Source of the DNA: Actinomycetota bacterium
GTDB lineage: Bacteria > Actinomycetota > Actinomycetes > S36-B12
DNA length: 63,067 nt
NCBI GenBank assembly: GCA_017857875.1
Contig: JAFMCH010000004.1
Location: forward strand, 1-63,067
Reading direction: 5' to 3'
Below the pieces are notes generated by a model that searched no databases, was not told the DNA's origin, and was given only the letters and a program-made list of their open reading frames with translations. Made by a program: the position numbers and the translations under genes. Below, piece after piece: positions 50,956 through 59,995 of the stretch; the stretch's first letter is position 1, and each line of letters starts with the position of its first letter.

Positions 50956-52833
50956 GTGATCACGGGGAATCGGATCAAGAAAAGACGCTCGGGCTTGCTC
51001 GCACTCGGGGCACTCGGGGTCGTCTTTGGTGACATTGGCACCAGTCCGCTTTATGCGTTTACCGAGGTGTTCGCCGGGGCCCACGACATCCCCGTTGTCA
51101 CCGATCGAGTGCTGGGCGTTCTCTCGCTCATCTTCTGGACGCTCACGTTAATCGTGGGGGTGAAGTACGTACTAGTCGTCATGCGCGCCGACAACGAGGG
51201 CGAGGGTGGCGTCATGGTGCTCAGTTCGCTAGCCCGAAGCCTGGTCAGACGTCAACGCGGAGCCATCATCATCATGGTGTTTGGCGTGTTAGGCGCAGCA
51301 CTGTTCTACGGCGACGGCATCATCACCCCGGCTGTGTCTGTACTGTCAGCGGTGGAGGGCCTTGAAGTCATTAATCCGGCCTTCGGCTCTCTGGTTGTGC
51401 CGATTGCCATCGCGCTACTTGTGGCGCTATTCGCCGTCCAACGATTTGGTTCCGGTCGCATGGGTTCGCTTTTCGGGCCGATCATGGCCATCTGGTTCGT
51501 CATCATCGGACTCCTCGGATTAGCCAGCGTGATGCAAAGCCCCGAGGTGCTGCAGTCAATTTCTCCCACATATGCGATTTCATTCTTCGTAGCAGAACCC
51601 CTCATCGCCTTCTTGGCCTTGGGTTCAGTCGTTCTATGCGTCACGGGAGCTGAGGCACTGTATGCAGATATGGGCCAGTTCGGCCGCTTTCCGATACGTA
51701 TCTCGTGGTTTGCGCTCGCTGCCCCAGCGTTGTACCTGAACTACCTTGGTCAGGGCGCTCTCGTACTGCGCGAGCCCAGCGCGATCGAAAACTCGTTTTA
51801 CTTACTCGTCCCCGAACTTATGCGCTGGCCCATGATCATCCTGGCAACTATGGCCACTGTTATTGCCTCACAGGCGGTGATTTCTGGGGCATTTTCGATG
51901 ACCCAGCAGGCGGTACGACTGGGCTATCTGCCTCGCATGGTAATCCGGCACACCTCAGCCACCGAACAAGGACAGGTCTATGTCCCATTCATCAACTGGA
52001 CTCTATGCATTGCCGTCATCGGACTGGTACTTGGATTTCAGGATTCCTCGAATCTGGCGTCGGCATACGGAATCGCGGTTACCGGAACGTTCGTCATCAC
52101 CACGAGCCTGATCATCGTGGTGGCACGGCATAAATGGAAGGTGTCGTGGTGGATTCTCGGCCCGGCCGGTGCCCTCTTTCTTGTCATTGACGCGACTTTC
52201 TTTGCGGCGAATCTGACTAAATTCGACCACGGTGGCTGGTTCCCGATCGCAGCAGCCGCCGTGATTTTCACCATGCTGATGGTCTGGGCCTGGGGCTCTG
52301 GGCGAGTGACCCGCCTGCTCGCTGATCAAGCCATACCGATGAACGACCTCACGACTCTTCTACATCAACCCGACATCATTGAGCTGCCGCGCACCATCGT
52401 GTACGTGACAACGCAGGATCAGATACCCCTGGCACTCACCCAACGCCTTCACCTCTACGGGGTCCGCCATGCACGCACCGTCGTTTTGCGCATGGTTACC
52501 GCCGACGTGCCACTCGTTGACGACGGTGATCGACTCGCCGTGACTCTGATCGATCGACACACCCTCGAGGCGGTTTTGACATACGGGTTCATGGAGAAAC
52601 CACACCCCACCGCCGATGTTCGGTCACTGCACAGTCAGTTCCCGTGGTTTAACAGTGACACATGCATCTATTCATTTTCGTCGGCCGTCGTCTATGTCAA
52701 CCCACGACGACACCTGTCATTTATCGCAGCCGAACTCTTCGCGATCCTGTCGCGCAATGCCGCCGATCCACAGCGGTATTTCGATCTTCCCCCCGAGCGC
52801 GTGGTCGAAGTAAGACGCCTCGTGCGAATCTAG
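50956..52833 (+). CDS. kup: KUP/HAK/KT potassium uptake transporter
   Basis: GVVFGDIGTSPLY, DNEGEGG, YGDGIITPAVSVLSAVEG, TGAEALYADMG, ASQAVISG, GQVYVP; start approximate. Confidence 0.96.
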   Translation: MITGNRIKKRRSGLLALGALGVVFGDIGTSPLYAFTEVFAGAHDIPVVTDRVLGVLSLIFWTLTLIVGVKYVLVVMRADNEGEGGVMVLSSLARSLVRRQRGAIIIMVFGVLGAALFYGDGIITPAVSVLSAVEGLEVINPAFGSLVVPIAIALLVALFAVQRFGSGRMGSLFGPIMAIWFVIIGLLGLASVMQSPEVLQSISPTYAISFFVAEPLIAFLALGSVVLCVTGAEALYADMGQFGRFPIRISWFALAAPALYLNYLGQGALVLREPSAIENSFYLLVPELMRWPMIILATMATVIASQAVISGAFSMTQQAVRLGYLPRMVIRHTSATEQGQVYVPFINWTLCIAVIGLVLGFQDSSNLASAYGIAVTGTFVITTSLIIVVARHKWKVSWWILGPAGALFLVIDATFFAANLTKFDHGGWFPIAAAAVIFTMLMVWAWGSGRVTRLLADQAIPMNDLTTLLHQPDIIELPRTIVYVTTQDQIPLALTQRLHLYGVRHARTVVLRMVTADVPLVDDGDRLAVTLIDRHTLEAVLTYGFMEKPHPTADVRSLHSQFPWFNSDTCIYSFSSAVVYVNPRRHLSFIAAELFAILSRNAADPQRYFDLPPERVVEVRRLVRI

Positions 52834-52852
52834 TGCGTGTCACACTGTTCAC

Positions 52853-53233
52853 ATGGCTTCATTACGCATCACACCACAAGAACTCCGCATCGACTTGACC
52901 ACCAAAGAACGCATCGGGGCACTTCACGGCAGTTTCGGTGTGCACTGGCGAGATGTGGTGTCGGTCGAGCCCACGAGCAATCTTTGGTCTGAGGTCCGCG
53001 GCATTCGAGCTCCTGGCACCGGGCTCCCAGGCAGCATCCTGCTCGGCACCATGCGACACAATGGCCTTAAGGATTTTTGCGCGATCTACCGCCAGCGGCC
53101 CGGGGTTGTCATCGCACTGAGCGGTGCCGGTTTTGCCCGACTCTTAATCAGTTCTCCCAGCGACCAGGTCGCAGCTGTGGTAGCAGCACATGGACGCGTC
53201 AGCGCTGGGATTTCTGCAGACGCCGGGGGGTAA
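52853..53233 (+). CDS. Conserved hypothetical protein (possible bacterial PH-like fold)
   Basis: IRAPGTGLPG..LGT and DF.A.....PGVV..L pattern seen in actinobacterial hypotheticals; leaderless -10 upstream. Confidence 0.7.
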   Translation: MASLRITPQELRIDLTTKERIGALHGSFGVHWRDVVSVEPTSNLWSEVRGIRAPGTGLPGSILLGTMRHNGLKDFCAIYRQRPGVVIALSGAGFARLLISSPSDQVAAVVAAHGRVSAGISADAGG

Positions 53234-53624
53234 GCCGTCGCGCCCGCCAATCCGACCACGCCCCTGTTGCCCAAAGCGCCCACACGACCAGAACCGGCTG
53301 GAAGAGCAATCGAATCAATCGAGCAGCGTCAGAATCCAGACCGAATGCGGATGTTCCTTGGATGAGTTGCGCGATATTTCCCGGAAAGATCAGCACGAAG
53401 AACGTCGCCACAATCCAACCCACCACTGGTCGATATCGGGACGGGGCGAGCACGAGCGCCAGGCCAAGAGCGATTTCGATTACTCCGGATACGGCAACGA
53501 TCAATTCAGGCGCGGGCATGAAGTTCGGCACCTGAGCAAGGAATTCCTCAGCACTGACGAAGTGTCCGACCCCAGCAACCATGAGCACAACACCCAGGGC
53601 CAGTCGAGCAATCATCGTGGTCAT
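53199..53624 (-). CDS. DoxX-family membrane protein
   Basis: AGVGHF, QVPNFMP, SGVIEIALG, IFPGNI, RLLFQPVL. Confidence 0.88.
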   Translation of the reverse strand: MTTMIARLALGVVLMVAGVGHFVSAEEFLAQVPNFMPAPELIVAVSGVIEIALGLALVLAPSRYRPVVGWIVATFFVLIFPGNIAQLIQGTSAFGLDSDAARLIRLLFQPVLVVWALWATGAWSDWRARRLTPRRLQKSQR

Positions 53625-53633
53625 TACACGAGC

Positions 53634-54821
53634 CTATTCGGTCAGGCTGGACCGGCTTTGACGCAGTGTGTCATCTAGCGGATCAGACGCCGTCAACTCG
53701 CTGGCAGCAGACACCCCGAGTTCTTTCATCTTGCGCGCTTGAGCCATCACTCGAGCGTCAAAGGAACCGATGAAATTGTTGTAACCCTCAATCGCGCGAC
53801 GCAGGCCGCTTTGCATGCCGTTGAGGTGACCCACAGCAGTCTCGAGTCGACTTAACATTTCGGCCCCGGCAGCTCGAATTTCCTCGGCATTATCGGCCAT
53901 GAGTTTGCGCTGGTATCCAAAGTAAATCGTGCGCAGCATCGCCAACATCGATGTTGGAGTTGCTAACACAACATTTCGAGAAAACGCTTGGGCCAATAAA
54001 TCTCCGTCGGCATCAAGCGCCGTGGCCAGTAGGGATTCAAGAGGCAGAAACATTACGACGAAGTCGGGACTTTTAGCTGACTCCCAGTAACGCTTACCAG
54101 ACAGCTCATGGGCCCTTGCCAACACATCGACGGCATGCTTCTTCAGCTCGGTAGTCGCCTGTGGTGAGTCACCGGCCTCGATCGCTCGCCAGTAGGCATC
54201 GAAGGGAAACTTCGCGTCGACGAATATTTCACCGCCACCGGGTAGATGCACGACGATGTCTGGCCGCCTGTCTGTGGACTCACCGGACCGCTGATCTTGT
54301 CGGGAAAAGTTAATTCCCTCAACCAGACCGGAGGACTCCAGCAACTGCTCAAGTTGCATCTCACCCCACTGACCACGACTCTGCGCGGTCGACATCGCCG
54401 AGACAAGTTGGCGGGTGGCGGTCTCCAGGGAGGTGTAATTGCGTTGCACACCGGTGATTTGTTCGCGCAACTGTGATGCTGCCTCGGCGCGCTTGACCTC
54501 GACCTCTTGCGCCTGACGCTTGAGCGACTCGACTGACTCCCGCAGCGGTAGTAATCGATCATCCAAGGCACTTCGGTCTGCCTGCTCTTTGTGCAGACGA
54601 TCGCGATCGGCCGTGGCGCGGGCTAACTCGGTTTGTGTTCGCGACAGTTCAGATTGAAGCGAGGCCTGCACCGATTGGCTGTCGAGGCGAGCCTGTTCTT
54701 CAACGCGACGGATCCCTTGATCGCTGCGCCGATTGGCGATGAGCCAGCCAAGGGCTCCACCAAGGACAAACGCAATAGCCGTGAGAACAACGACGCCCAG
54801 ACCGATCACGAGACCGTTCAT
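53634..54821 (-). CDS. rmuC: DNA recombination protein RmuC
   Basis: RGQWGEMQL, RPDIVVHLPGG, VDAKFP, YW...SPDFVVMFLP, ATPTSMLAMLR. Confidence 0.93.
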   Translation of the reverse strand: MNGLVIGLGVVVLTAIAFVLGGALGWLIANRRSDQGIRRVEEQARLDSQSVQASLQSELSRTQTELARATADRDRLHKEQADRSALDDRLLPLRESVESLKRQAQEVEVKRAEAASQLREQITGVQRNYTSLETATRQLVSAMSTAQSRGQWGEMQLEQLLESSGLVEGINFSRQDQRSGESTDRRPDIVVHLPGGGEIFVDAKFPFDAYWRAIEAGDSPQATTELKKHAVDVLARAHELSGKRYWESAKSPDFVVMFLPLESLLATALDADGDLLAQAFSRNVVLATPTSMLAMLRTIYFGYQRKLMADNAEEIRAAGAEMLSRLETAVGHLNGMQSGLRRAIEGYNNFIGSFDARVMAQARKMKELGVSAASELTASDPLDDTLRQSRSSLTE

Positions 54822-54915
54822 GACACCTCCTAGTCAGCAATGACGATAGCGAGATGGTCAGACATTTTCGTACGTCTGTTGGCGAAGACAGTGCCTGGCG
54901 TGGCAATCTAAGACT

Positions 54916-54956
54916 GCAGCCCCGCGTGTCTCCACCCCCGTAGACCGTGGGGCTGC
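54916..54956 (-). terminator. GC-rich hairpin just after the membrane hydrolase gene
   Basis: GCAGCCCC...GGGGCTGC 8-bp perfect arms with inner gtct/agac pairing, 4 nt past the stop; weak U-tract. Confidence 0.5.
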
Positions 54957-54960
54957 CCCA

Positions 54961-56493
54961 TTACTGCAGGGGAAAACCCGAGCCGATAATCGCCGCTAAC
55001 GGCAGCCCTTGCACCAGTGCCGGCGCTATTCGCAGGGGCGTGTGCATCGTGGCCACCGTGGCGAAGTACCCCAACACCGCAAACAGCAGCGCAATCACCG
55101 GCACCAGCAGCGTCAAGATACCTGGTGCTCCCAGCAACGACACGGCCGCGATAAGCGCCCCGGCCACGATCACCCGGTTTCCGACCAGAACTCCGATGCG
55201 TCGCAGCAAGCCCGGGCGTGAGATGAGTACTGCGTCGGCATAGAAGTACGCCACCAGCACTGCGGCGAGCACGATCGTGACCCACCAGCGCGGGCCGACG
55301 AATGCGGCTGCCGCCCAGGTCAGGCGGGTGGCACCGACCAATATGAGCGTAACCAGTAGCGCAAAGGCGATAGATGCCCAGAGGTCCCGGCCCGGTGCGG
55401 GCTGAAAGTCACGTCGGACATACGTTGGCAATATCCGCAAGCTGCCGGCGATGACAGTCGCCAAGAGTGCGAACCACGCCGCGAGATACCCGCCTACGGC
55501 CACAGGCACGATTTCAGTCCAATCGTCTGGCACCACCGCCAGCACGACTGATGCCCCAAGGGCGCCCACCGCAGTGAGTGCGAGGGCATGCCACCCTCGA
55601 ACGGTGGCCGCCAGGCCTCGCCGATTACCGCGTCCGTAGAGCACGCTGGCAAGCGGAATGACCACGATGCCCGCAGCGCCCAGCAGCAGCAACAGCCACA
55701 GCCAGGCCGGATCCACCTGCGCGTCGAAGGGCCCCTCGATGTCAAGAGCGACCCCAAGCCACGTCAACATAGCCGTGGCCGTGGAATCAGACCATACGAT
55801 CGTGATGTGCTCAACCACGGGGATCTGTTGGGCTTGGAGCCCCGTTCCAAGGGCTACGTCCCCGTACACAGGCCCAACTTCGGCCGATGGTTCGATCAGG
55901 CGCAACTGCTCACCGGCCGCATCAAGGAATCTTGCCGGCTCGTTGGCGCCGAACAGTAGTTGCAGATTTCTCGGTCGTGTACCGGAGTCAATCGCGTCGG
56001 GAAGGCTGATCGCAACCGTGCCTTGCACACCCGGAGGCTGCGTCATTGCGTACTCCGTCACCGCTCCGGCACCCATCGAGTGGCCCACCAGGCCCAGCCG
56101 GTCGGCGTCAACGCCCGGCTGCATCGCCAGCCAACCAACAACGGTGGCGAGGTCTGCCTGGAGGTTCTCCCGGTCGGTCGATGACCCCAAGGACGACGTG
56201 CTGTTGCCGTGGCCGCGCTGATCCGGCAGCGCCACGACGTATCCGGCACGGACGAGCGTGTGCGCTAGCGGCTCCATGATCACACTCGAGGCTGCGAAAC
56301 CATGCAGCATGACAACCGCCGGTCGCTGAGAACCGACACCTTCAGGTTGCAGCAGCGTGACCGGAATCCCTGCGACGTCTTGTGTGCTTCGCACCATCCC
56401 CTCGCCTGAACGCATCACGCCCATCAAGGCGACGACCGCGATAGCAACACCAACCACACTCATCACGAGGGAAATGAGTGTGCGCCGGGTCAC
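54961..56493 (-). CDS. Alpha/beta hydrolase fused to a multi-TM C-terminal domain
   Basis: N-terminal TM, LHGFAA, DQRGHG, GHSMGAG, EHITI; about 6-7 hydrophobic segments after the catalytic domain. Confidence 0.82.
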   Translation of the reverse strand: MTRRTLISLVMSVVGVAIAVVALMGVMRSGEGMVRSTQDVAGIPVTLLQPEGVGSQRPAVVMLHGFAASSVIMEPLAHTLVRAGYVVALPDQRGHGNSTSSLGSSTDRENLQADLATVVGWLAMQPGVDADRLGLVGHSMGAGAVTEYAMTQPPGVQGTVAISLPDAIDSGTRPRNLQLLFGANEPARFLDAAGEQLRLIEPSAEVGPVYGDVALGTGLQAQQIPVVEHITIVWSDSTATAMLTWLGVALDIEGPFDAQVDPAWLWLLLLLGAAGIVVIPLASVLYGRGNRRGLAATVRGWHALALTAVGALGASVVLAVVPDDWTEIVPVAVGGYLAAWFALLATVIAGSLRILPTYVRRDFQPAPGRDLWASIAFALLVTLILVGATRLTWAAAAFVGPRWWVTIVLAAVLVAYFYADAVLISRPGLLRRIGVLVGNRVIVAGALIAAVSLLGAPGILTLLVPVIALLFAVLGYFATVATMHTPLRIAPALVQGLPLAAIIGSGFPLQ

Positions 56494-56574
56494 CCCAGGA
56501 AAGGTACTCCGCAGATGACGCCCGTGCGGGTCAAAAATGTGACAAGCACGGGAACTATCTGCTCAGATGAGTCC

Positions 56575-57600
56575 ATGACCGGCTCCCTGAACAACATCTT
56601 GTTCGACGACGGCCGCAAGACAACACCGCTCAATGATGTCTGCGACCAGCTTTTCCTGGTGACCAAAGACAGCGGAAATGATCGTTTCGTCCGTTACGCA
56701 GTGCTGCTTGCACTATCAGCCGTGATCGCCACCGGCGGCATCATTGTCGATTCAACAGCCACGGTGATCGGCGCGATGATCGTGGCCCCCTTAGCGACGC
56801 CCATCCTGGCTGTGGGCCTGGCCATCACCACCGTTCGACCACGACAGGTGATCACTTCAGGAATTATTCTCGCGATCTCGGTCGCCTTCGTGGTCTTTAT
56901 CGGCATCGCACTCAACATCATCCTGCCCGCGACGGTCAACCTCGAGCAGAACTCGCAGGTGCTCTCGCGGATCTCGCCAAATCTGGTTGACCTCCTGATT
57001 GCGATCGCGACCGGGCTGGTGGGTGGCTTTGCCATCACGCGCAGCGATCTAGCCGGAGTTTTGCCTGGAGTGGCGATCGCCATCAGTCTGGTGCCACCGC
57101 TTTCCGTCGTCGGAGTCGTACTGAGCGAAGGTGGCTTTCAGCAGGCCTGGGGGGCAATGCTGCTGTTCTTGTCCAACGCCGTTGCGATGATCGGTGCCGG
57201 CGCTTTGGTTTTCACCATCGCCGGCTACAACGCGGCTGCGCGTCACTCACGCCGGATGGTCCGCCAGCCCATCCTGGTCGTCTCGGTCCTGAGCATCCTT
57301 TTGGTGGCTGTGCTTGCGGTTACGAGTCTGCAGAGCCTCGCCCAGGGCGTGTCGGTCACCAGGATCGAAAGCGCGACGAGCACCTGGCTAGCCGGCAGCA
57401 AGTACTCCCTGACCAGCGTCACCGCAGTTCCAGGCGGATTCATCATCACGATAATCGGCACAGGTGACGTACCTGATACGCGGCTGTTCTATGACAATTT
57501 CTTACCCGTACTGTGGTTCGACCCGGACATTCAGGTACGCCAACTCAGCGGCAGCGTCGAGCCTTTGCCCGAGCCGGGGCCAACACCAACGCCGAGTTAG
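56575..57600 (+). CDS. DUF389 family membrane protein
   Basis: LSAVIATGGII.DSTATVIGAMIVAPL, DLLIAIATG, LPGVAIAISLVPPL; start approximate. Confidence 0.9.
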   Translation: MTGSLNNILFDDGRKTTPLNDVCDQLFLVTKDSGNDRFVRYAVLLALSAVIATGGIIVDSTATVIGAMIVAPLATPILAVGLAITTVRPRQVITSGIILAISVAFVVFIGIALNIILPATVNLEQNSQVLSRISPNLVDLLIAIATGLVGGFAITRSDLAGVLPGVAIAISLVPPLSVVGVVLSEGGFQQAWGAMLLFLSNAVAMIGAGALVFTIAGYNAAARHSRRMVRQPILVVSVLSILLVAVLAVTSLQSLAQGVSVTRIESATSTWLAGSKYSLTSVTAVPGGFIITIIGTGDVPDTRLFYDNFLPVLWFDPDIQVRQLSGSVEPLPEPGPTPTPS

Positions 57601-58793
57601 ACCCGGCCCTTAAGCATGAAGTCCCAATACAGGCGCGGCAAACCCACCTTTTTGAACCGGTTGTAGTCGACGATTTCTTTGGTCTGATCCACACCCTTAA
57701 GCGATGGCCGCAGGTTCAGGTCGTAGTCGAACTCACACAGGAGAAGTTTCTTGCGACTGGTCGTGATCGGGCACGACGCGTAGCCGTCATAGTGACCCGA
57801 GCCGACTCCTCCCTTCAGAGTCGCCATCAGATTTTCCACGACCACAGGCGCCTGCTTGCGAATCGCCGCACCCGTCTTGGAGTTAGGCGTGTTCGTGCAG
57901 TCACCGAGCCCGAAAACCTCCGGGTACTTCGTGCTCTGCAGCGTGAACTTATCGACAGCCATGTAGCCGAAGGGGCTGTCAGCATCAACCAGCGGTGTGG
58001 CGGCGAGCCAATCTGGGGCGCTCTGGGGTGGCACCATGTGGGCGAAGTTGTAGGGCAATGTCTGAGTCTCGCCGGTTTCGTTGTTCTTAATCTCCATGGT
58101 GTGCGCTGCTGCATCTACGCTGGTGACCACCGTGTTGAGATGCACCTCAAAGCCGTAGCGCGCAGCAACGTCGACCAGCACGTCAGACCACACCTTCACG
58201 CCGAACATTCCTGGAGTCGGCAAGATCATGATCTTGCGAATGTTGTCCAGCACACCCTGCTCTCGCCAGTAATCAGCGGCGAGATACGCAATTTTCTGGG
58301 GTGCTCCAGCGCACTTGATGGGCCCAGCTGGCATGTGAAAGATAGCCGTGCCCGAGCGCGTGCGTTGCACGTTCTCCCAGGTCTTGGGGGCAAGGTAGTA
58401 GTCGTAATTTGACGACATGCCGTCATGCCCCATGGCATCAGCCAGCCCGGGAATTCCATCCCAGTTCAATTGAATACCGGCGGCGACGACGAGGCGATCG
58501 TAGGTAATGGTGTCGCCCGAGGCCAGGGCGATGGAGCATGATTCGGGGCTAATGCCCGTGACCGAGTCATGAATCCAATGCACGCCCCGCGGGATCACCC
58601 ATGACATCGGCCGCACACTTTGGGCATCGCGGGCTCTCCCACCACCCACCAGGGTCCATAGGGGTTGGTAGTAGTGCACGTCAGAGGGATCGATGACGGC
58701 CACATCGCTGGCACCAGCACGCTTGAGCCGTGCAGCAACGGTGATTCCGGCCGAACCACCGCCGATGATGACGATTTGATGATGAGTCGACAT
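57597..58793 (-). CDS. sqr: Sulfide:quinone oxidoreductase (type II-like)
   Basis: IIGGGSAG, HYYQPLWTLVGGG, KCAGAPQK and YASCP redox cysteines, FGLGD, KTGAAIRKQAP; GGAGG SD before ATG 58793. Confidence 0.9.
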   Translation of the reverse strand: MSTHHQIVIIGGGSAGITVAARLKRAGASDVAVIDPSDVHYYQPLWTLVGGGRARDAQSVRPMSWVIPRGVHWIHDSVTGISPESCSIALASGDTITYDRLVVAAGIQLNWDGIPGLADAMGHDGMSSNYDYYLAPKTWENVQRTRSGTAIFHMPAGPIKCAGAPQKIAYLAADYWREQGVLDNIRKIMILPTPGMFGVKVWSDVLVDVAARYGFEVHLNTVVTSVDAAAHTMEIKNNETGETQTLPYNFAHMVPPQSAPDWLAATPLVDADSPFGYMAVDKFTLQSTKYPEVFGLGDCTNTPNSKTGAAIRKQAPVVVENLMATLKGGVGSGHYDGYASCPITTSRKKLLLCEFDYDLNLRPSLKGVDQTKEIVDYNRFKKVGLPRLYWDFMLKGRV

Positions 58794-58863
58794 GAAGACC
58801 TCCCACGTGAGCGGATAACGACAACGAGACGATGAAAGCGAGATAAGTCTAAACCTAATTCGC

Positions 58864-58879
58864 ATACGCCCGGGGGTAT
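58864..58879. promoter_or_regulatory. CsoR/CstR/RcnR-type operator
   Basis: ATAC-GCCCGGGG-GTAT (minus strand ATACCCCCGGGCGTAT); upstream of a TAGGTT -10-like hexamer for sqr. Confidence 0.7.
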
Positions 58880-58933
58880 TCAGGCAAAGCCGAATGCCCC
58901 CGCCCAGAACTCAGGCGGGTACATACTTTGCCC

Positions 58934-59995
58934 ATGTTGCGTATGCCCGCCGAATGGGAACCTCACGAGCGCACCTGGATGGCGTGGCCCAGTGAGGGCT
59001 ACACCATGGGGGCGTCTGGCAGCCAGATGCAGGCAACCCAGATGCAGGCAACCCAGATGCAGGCAACACTGTCGGCTTGGGCATCTGTGGCCCATGGTGT
59101 CGCACAGTACGAGCCGCTGACCATGGTCGTGGACCCCACGTCAGTCGATACGGCTCGTCAATGGTTGATCGGGGGCACGAAGTACCCGATTACTTTGATG
59201 GAGACTCCGCTCGATGACGCGTGGATGCGAGATATCGGGCCGACTTTTGTGATCGACACCGATCGCGCTCACGCCGATTCAGACACCCTCACGGCGGTTA
59301 ATTGGATCTTCAACGGTTGGGGACAACAGACCTGGGCAACATGGGGGAATGACGCGCACGTAGCGCACGCGATCATCTCGCAGTTGGGATGCCCGTCATT
59401 TGATTCACCATTGGTCAATGAAGGCGGGGGCATTCACGTTGATGGTCGGGGTACCGCGTTAGTGACAGAGACGGTTCAACGAGATCCCTATCGAAACCCG
59501 GGGTGGACGCGAGCCGACATCGAGGATCACCTGCGTGAAGCGATCGGGGTCAACCGCGTGATCTGGCTACCTAGGGGCCTAACCCGAGACTACGAAACTT
59601 TTGGCACGCGTGGCCACGTCGACATCGTGGCTTGCTTTACCCCAGTGGGCTCAGTTCTGGTGCACGACCAGCAAGATCCAGGTCACCCGGACTATGCGGT
59701 CTGCCAGGTGCTTCATCAATGTCTCAAGGACAGCGGTTTAGACATCGTCACCGTCCCCGCACCCACGATCACCACGGATGACGAAGGCTTCGTCGACTAC
59801 AGCTACATTAATCATTATGTGCTTAATGGCGCCGTCCTCCTGTGCGCCTTCGATGACCCAAATGATGAAGTGGCCCAACGGATTCTCGCTCAGGTCTACC
59901 CGGATCGACACATCGAACTCATTGACGCCCGGCGCATCTTCGCCCTCGGCGGTGGCATTCACTGCATCACCCAGCAGCAACCGCGACTGATCTGA
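58934..59995 (+). CDS. aguA: Agmatine deiminase (pentein/PPAD) family protein
   Basis: RMPAEWEPHERTWMAWP, DDAWMRDIGP, NEGGGI, GHVD, SYINHY, GGGIHCITQQQP (catalytic Cys); substrate not proven. Confidence 0.9.
   Translation: MLRMPAEWEPHERTWMAWPSEGYTMGASGSQMQATQMQATQMQATLSAWASVAHGVAQYEPLTMVVDPTSVDTARQWLIGGTKYPITLMETPLDDAWMRDIGPTFVIDTDRAHADSDTLTAVNWIFNGWGQQTWATWGNDAHVAHAIISQLGCPSFDSPLVNEGGGIHVDGRGTALVTETVQRDPYRNPGWTRADIEDHLREAIGVNRVIWLPRGLTRDYETFGTRGHVDIVACFTPVGSVLVHDQQDPGHPDYAVCQVLHQCLKDSGLDIVTVPAPTITTDDEGFVDYSYINHYVLNGAVLLCAFDDPNDEVAQRILAQVYPDRHIELIDARRIFALGGGIHCITQQQPRLI
59023..59067. repeat. 15-bp in-frame tandem repeat in aguA (QMQAT)
   Basis: ccagatgcaggcaac three times exactly. Confidence 0.93.

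Noticed and set aside
56575-57600. DUF389 gene as part of the sulfur/nitrogen module
   Set aside because: It is convergent with sqr, shares no visible operator, and adjacency is the only link.
57513-58412. 299-aa plus-strand ORF
   Set aside because: Antisense shadow of sqr.
43617-59067. Short tandem repeats as CRISPR arrays
   Set aside because: The 15-bp and 54-bp repeats are contiguous, spacer-free and in frame within proteins; no cas genes present.
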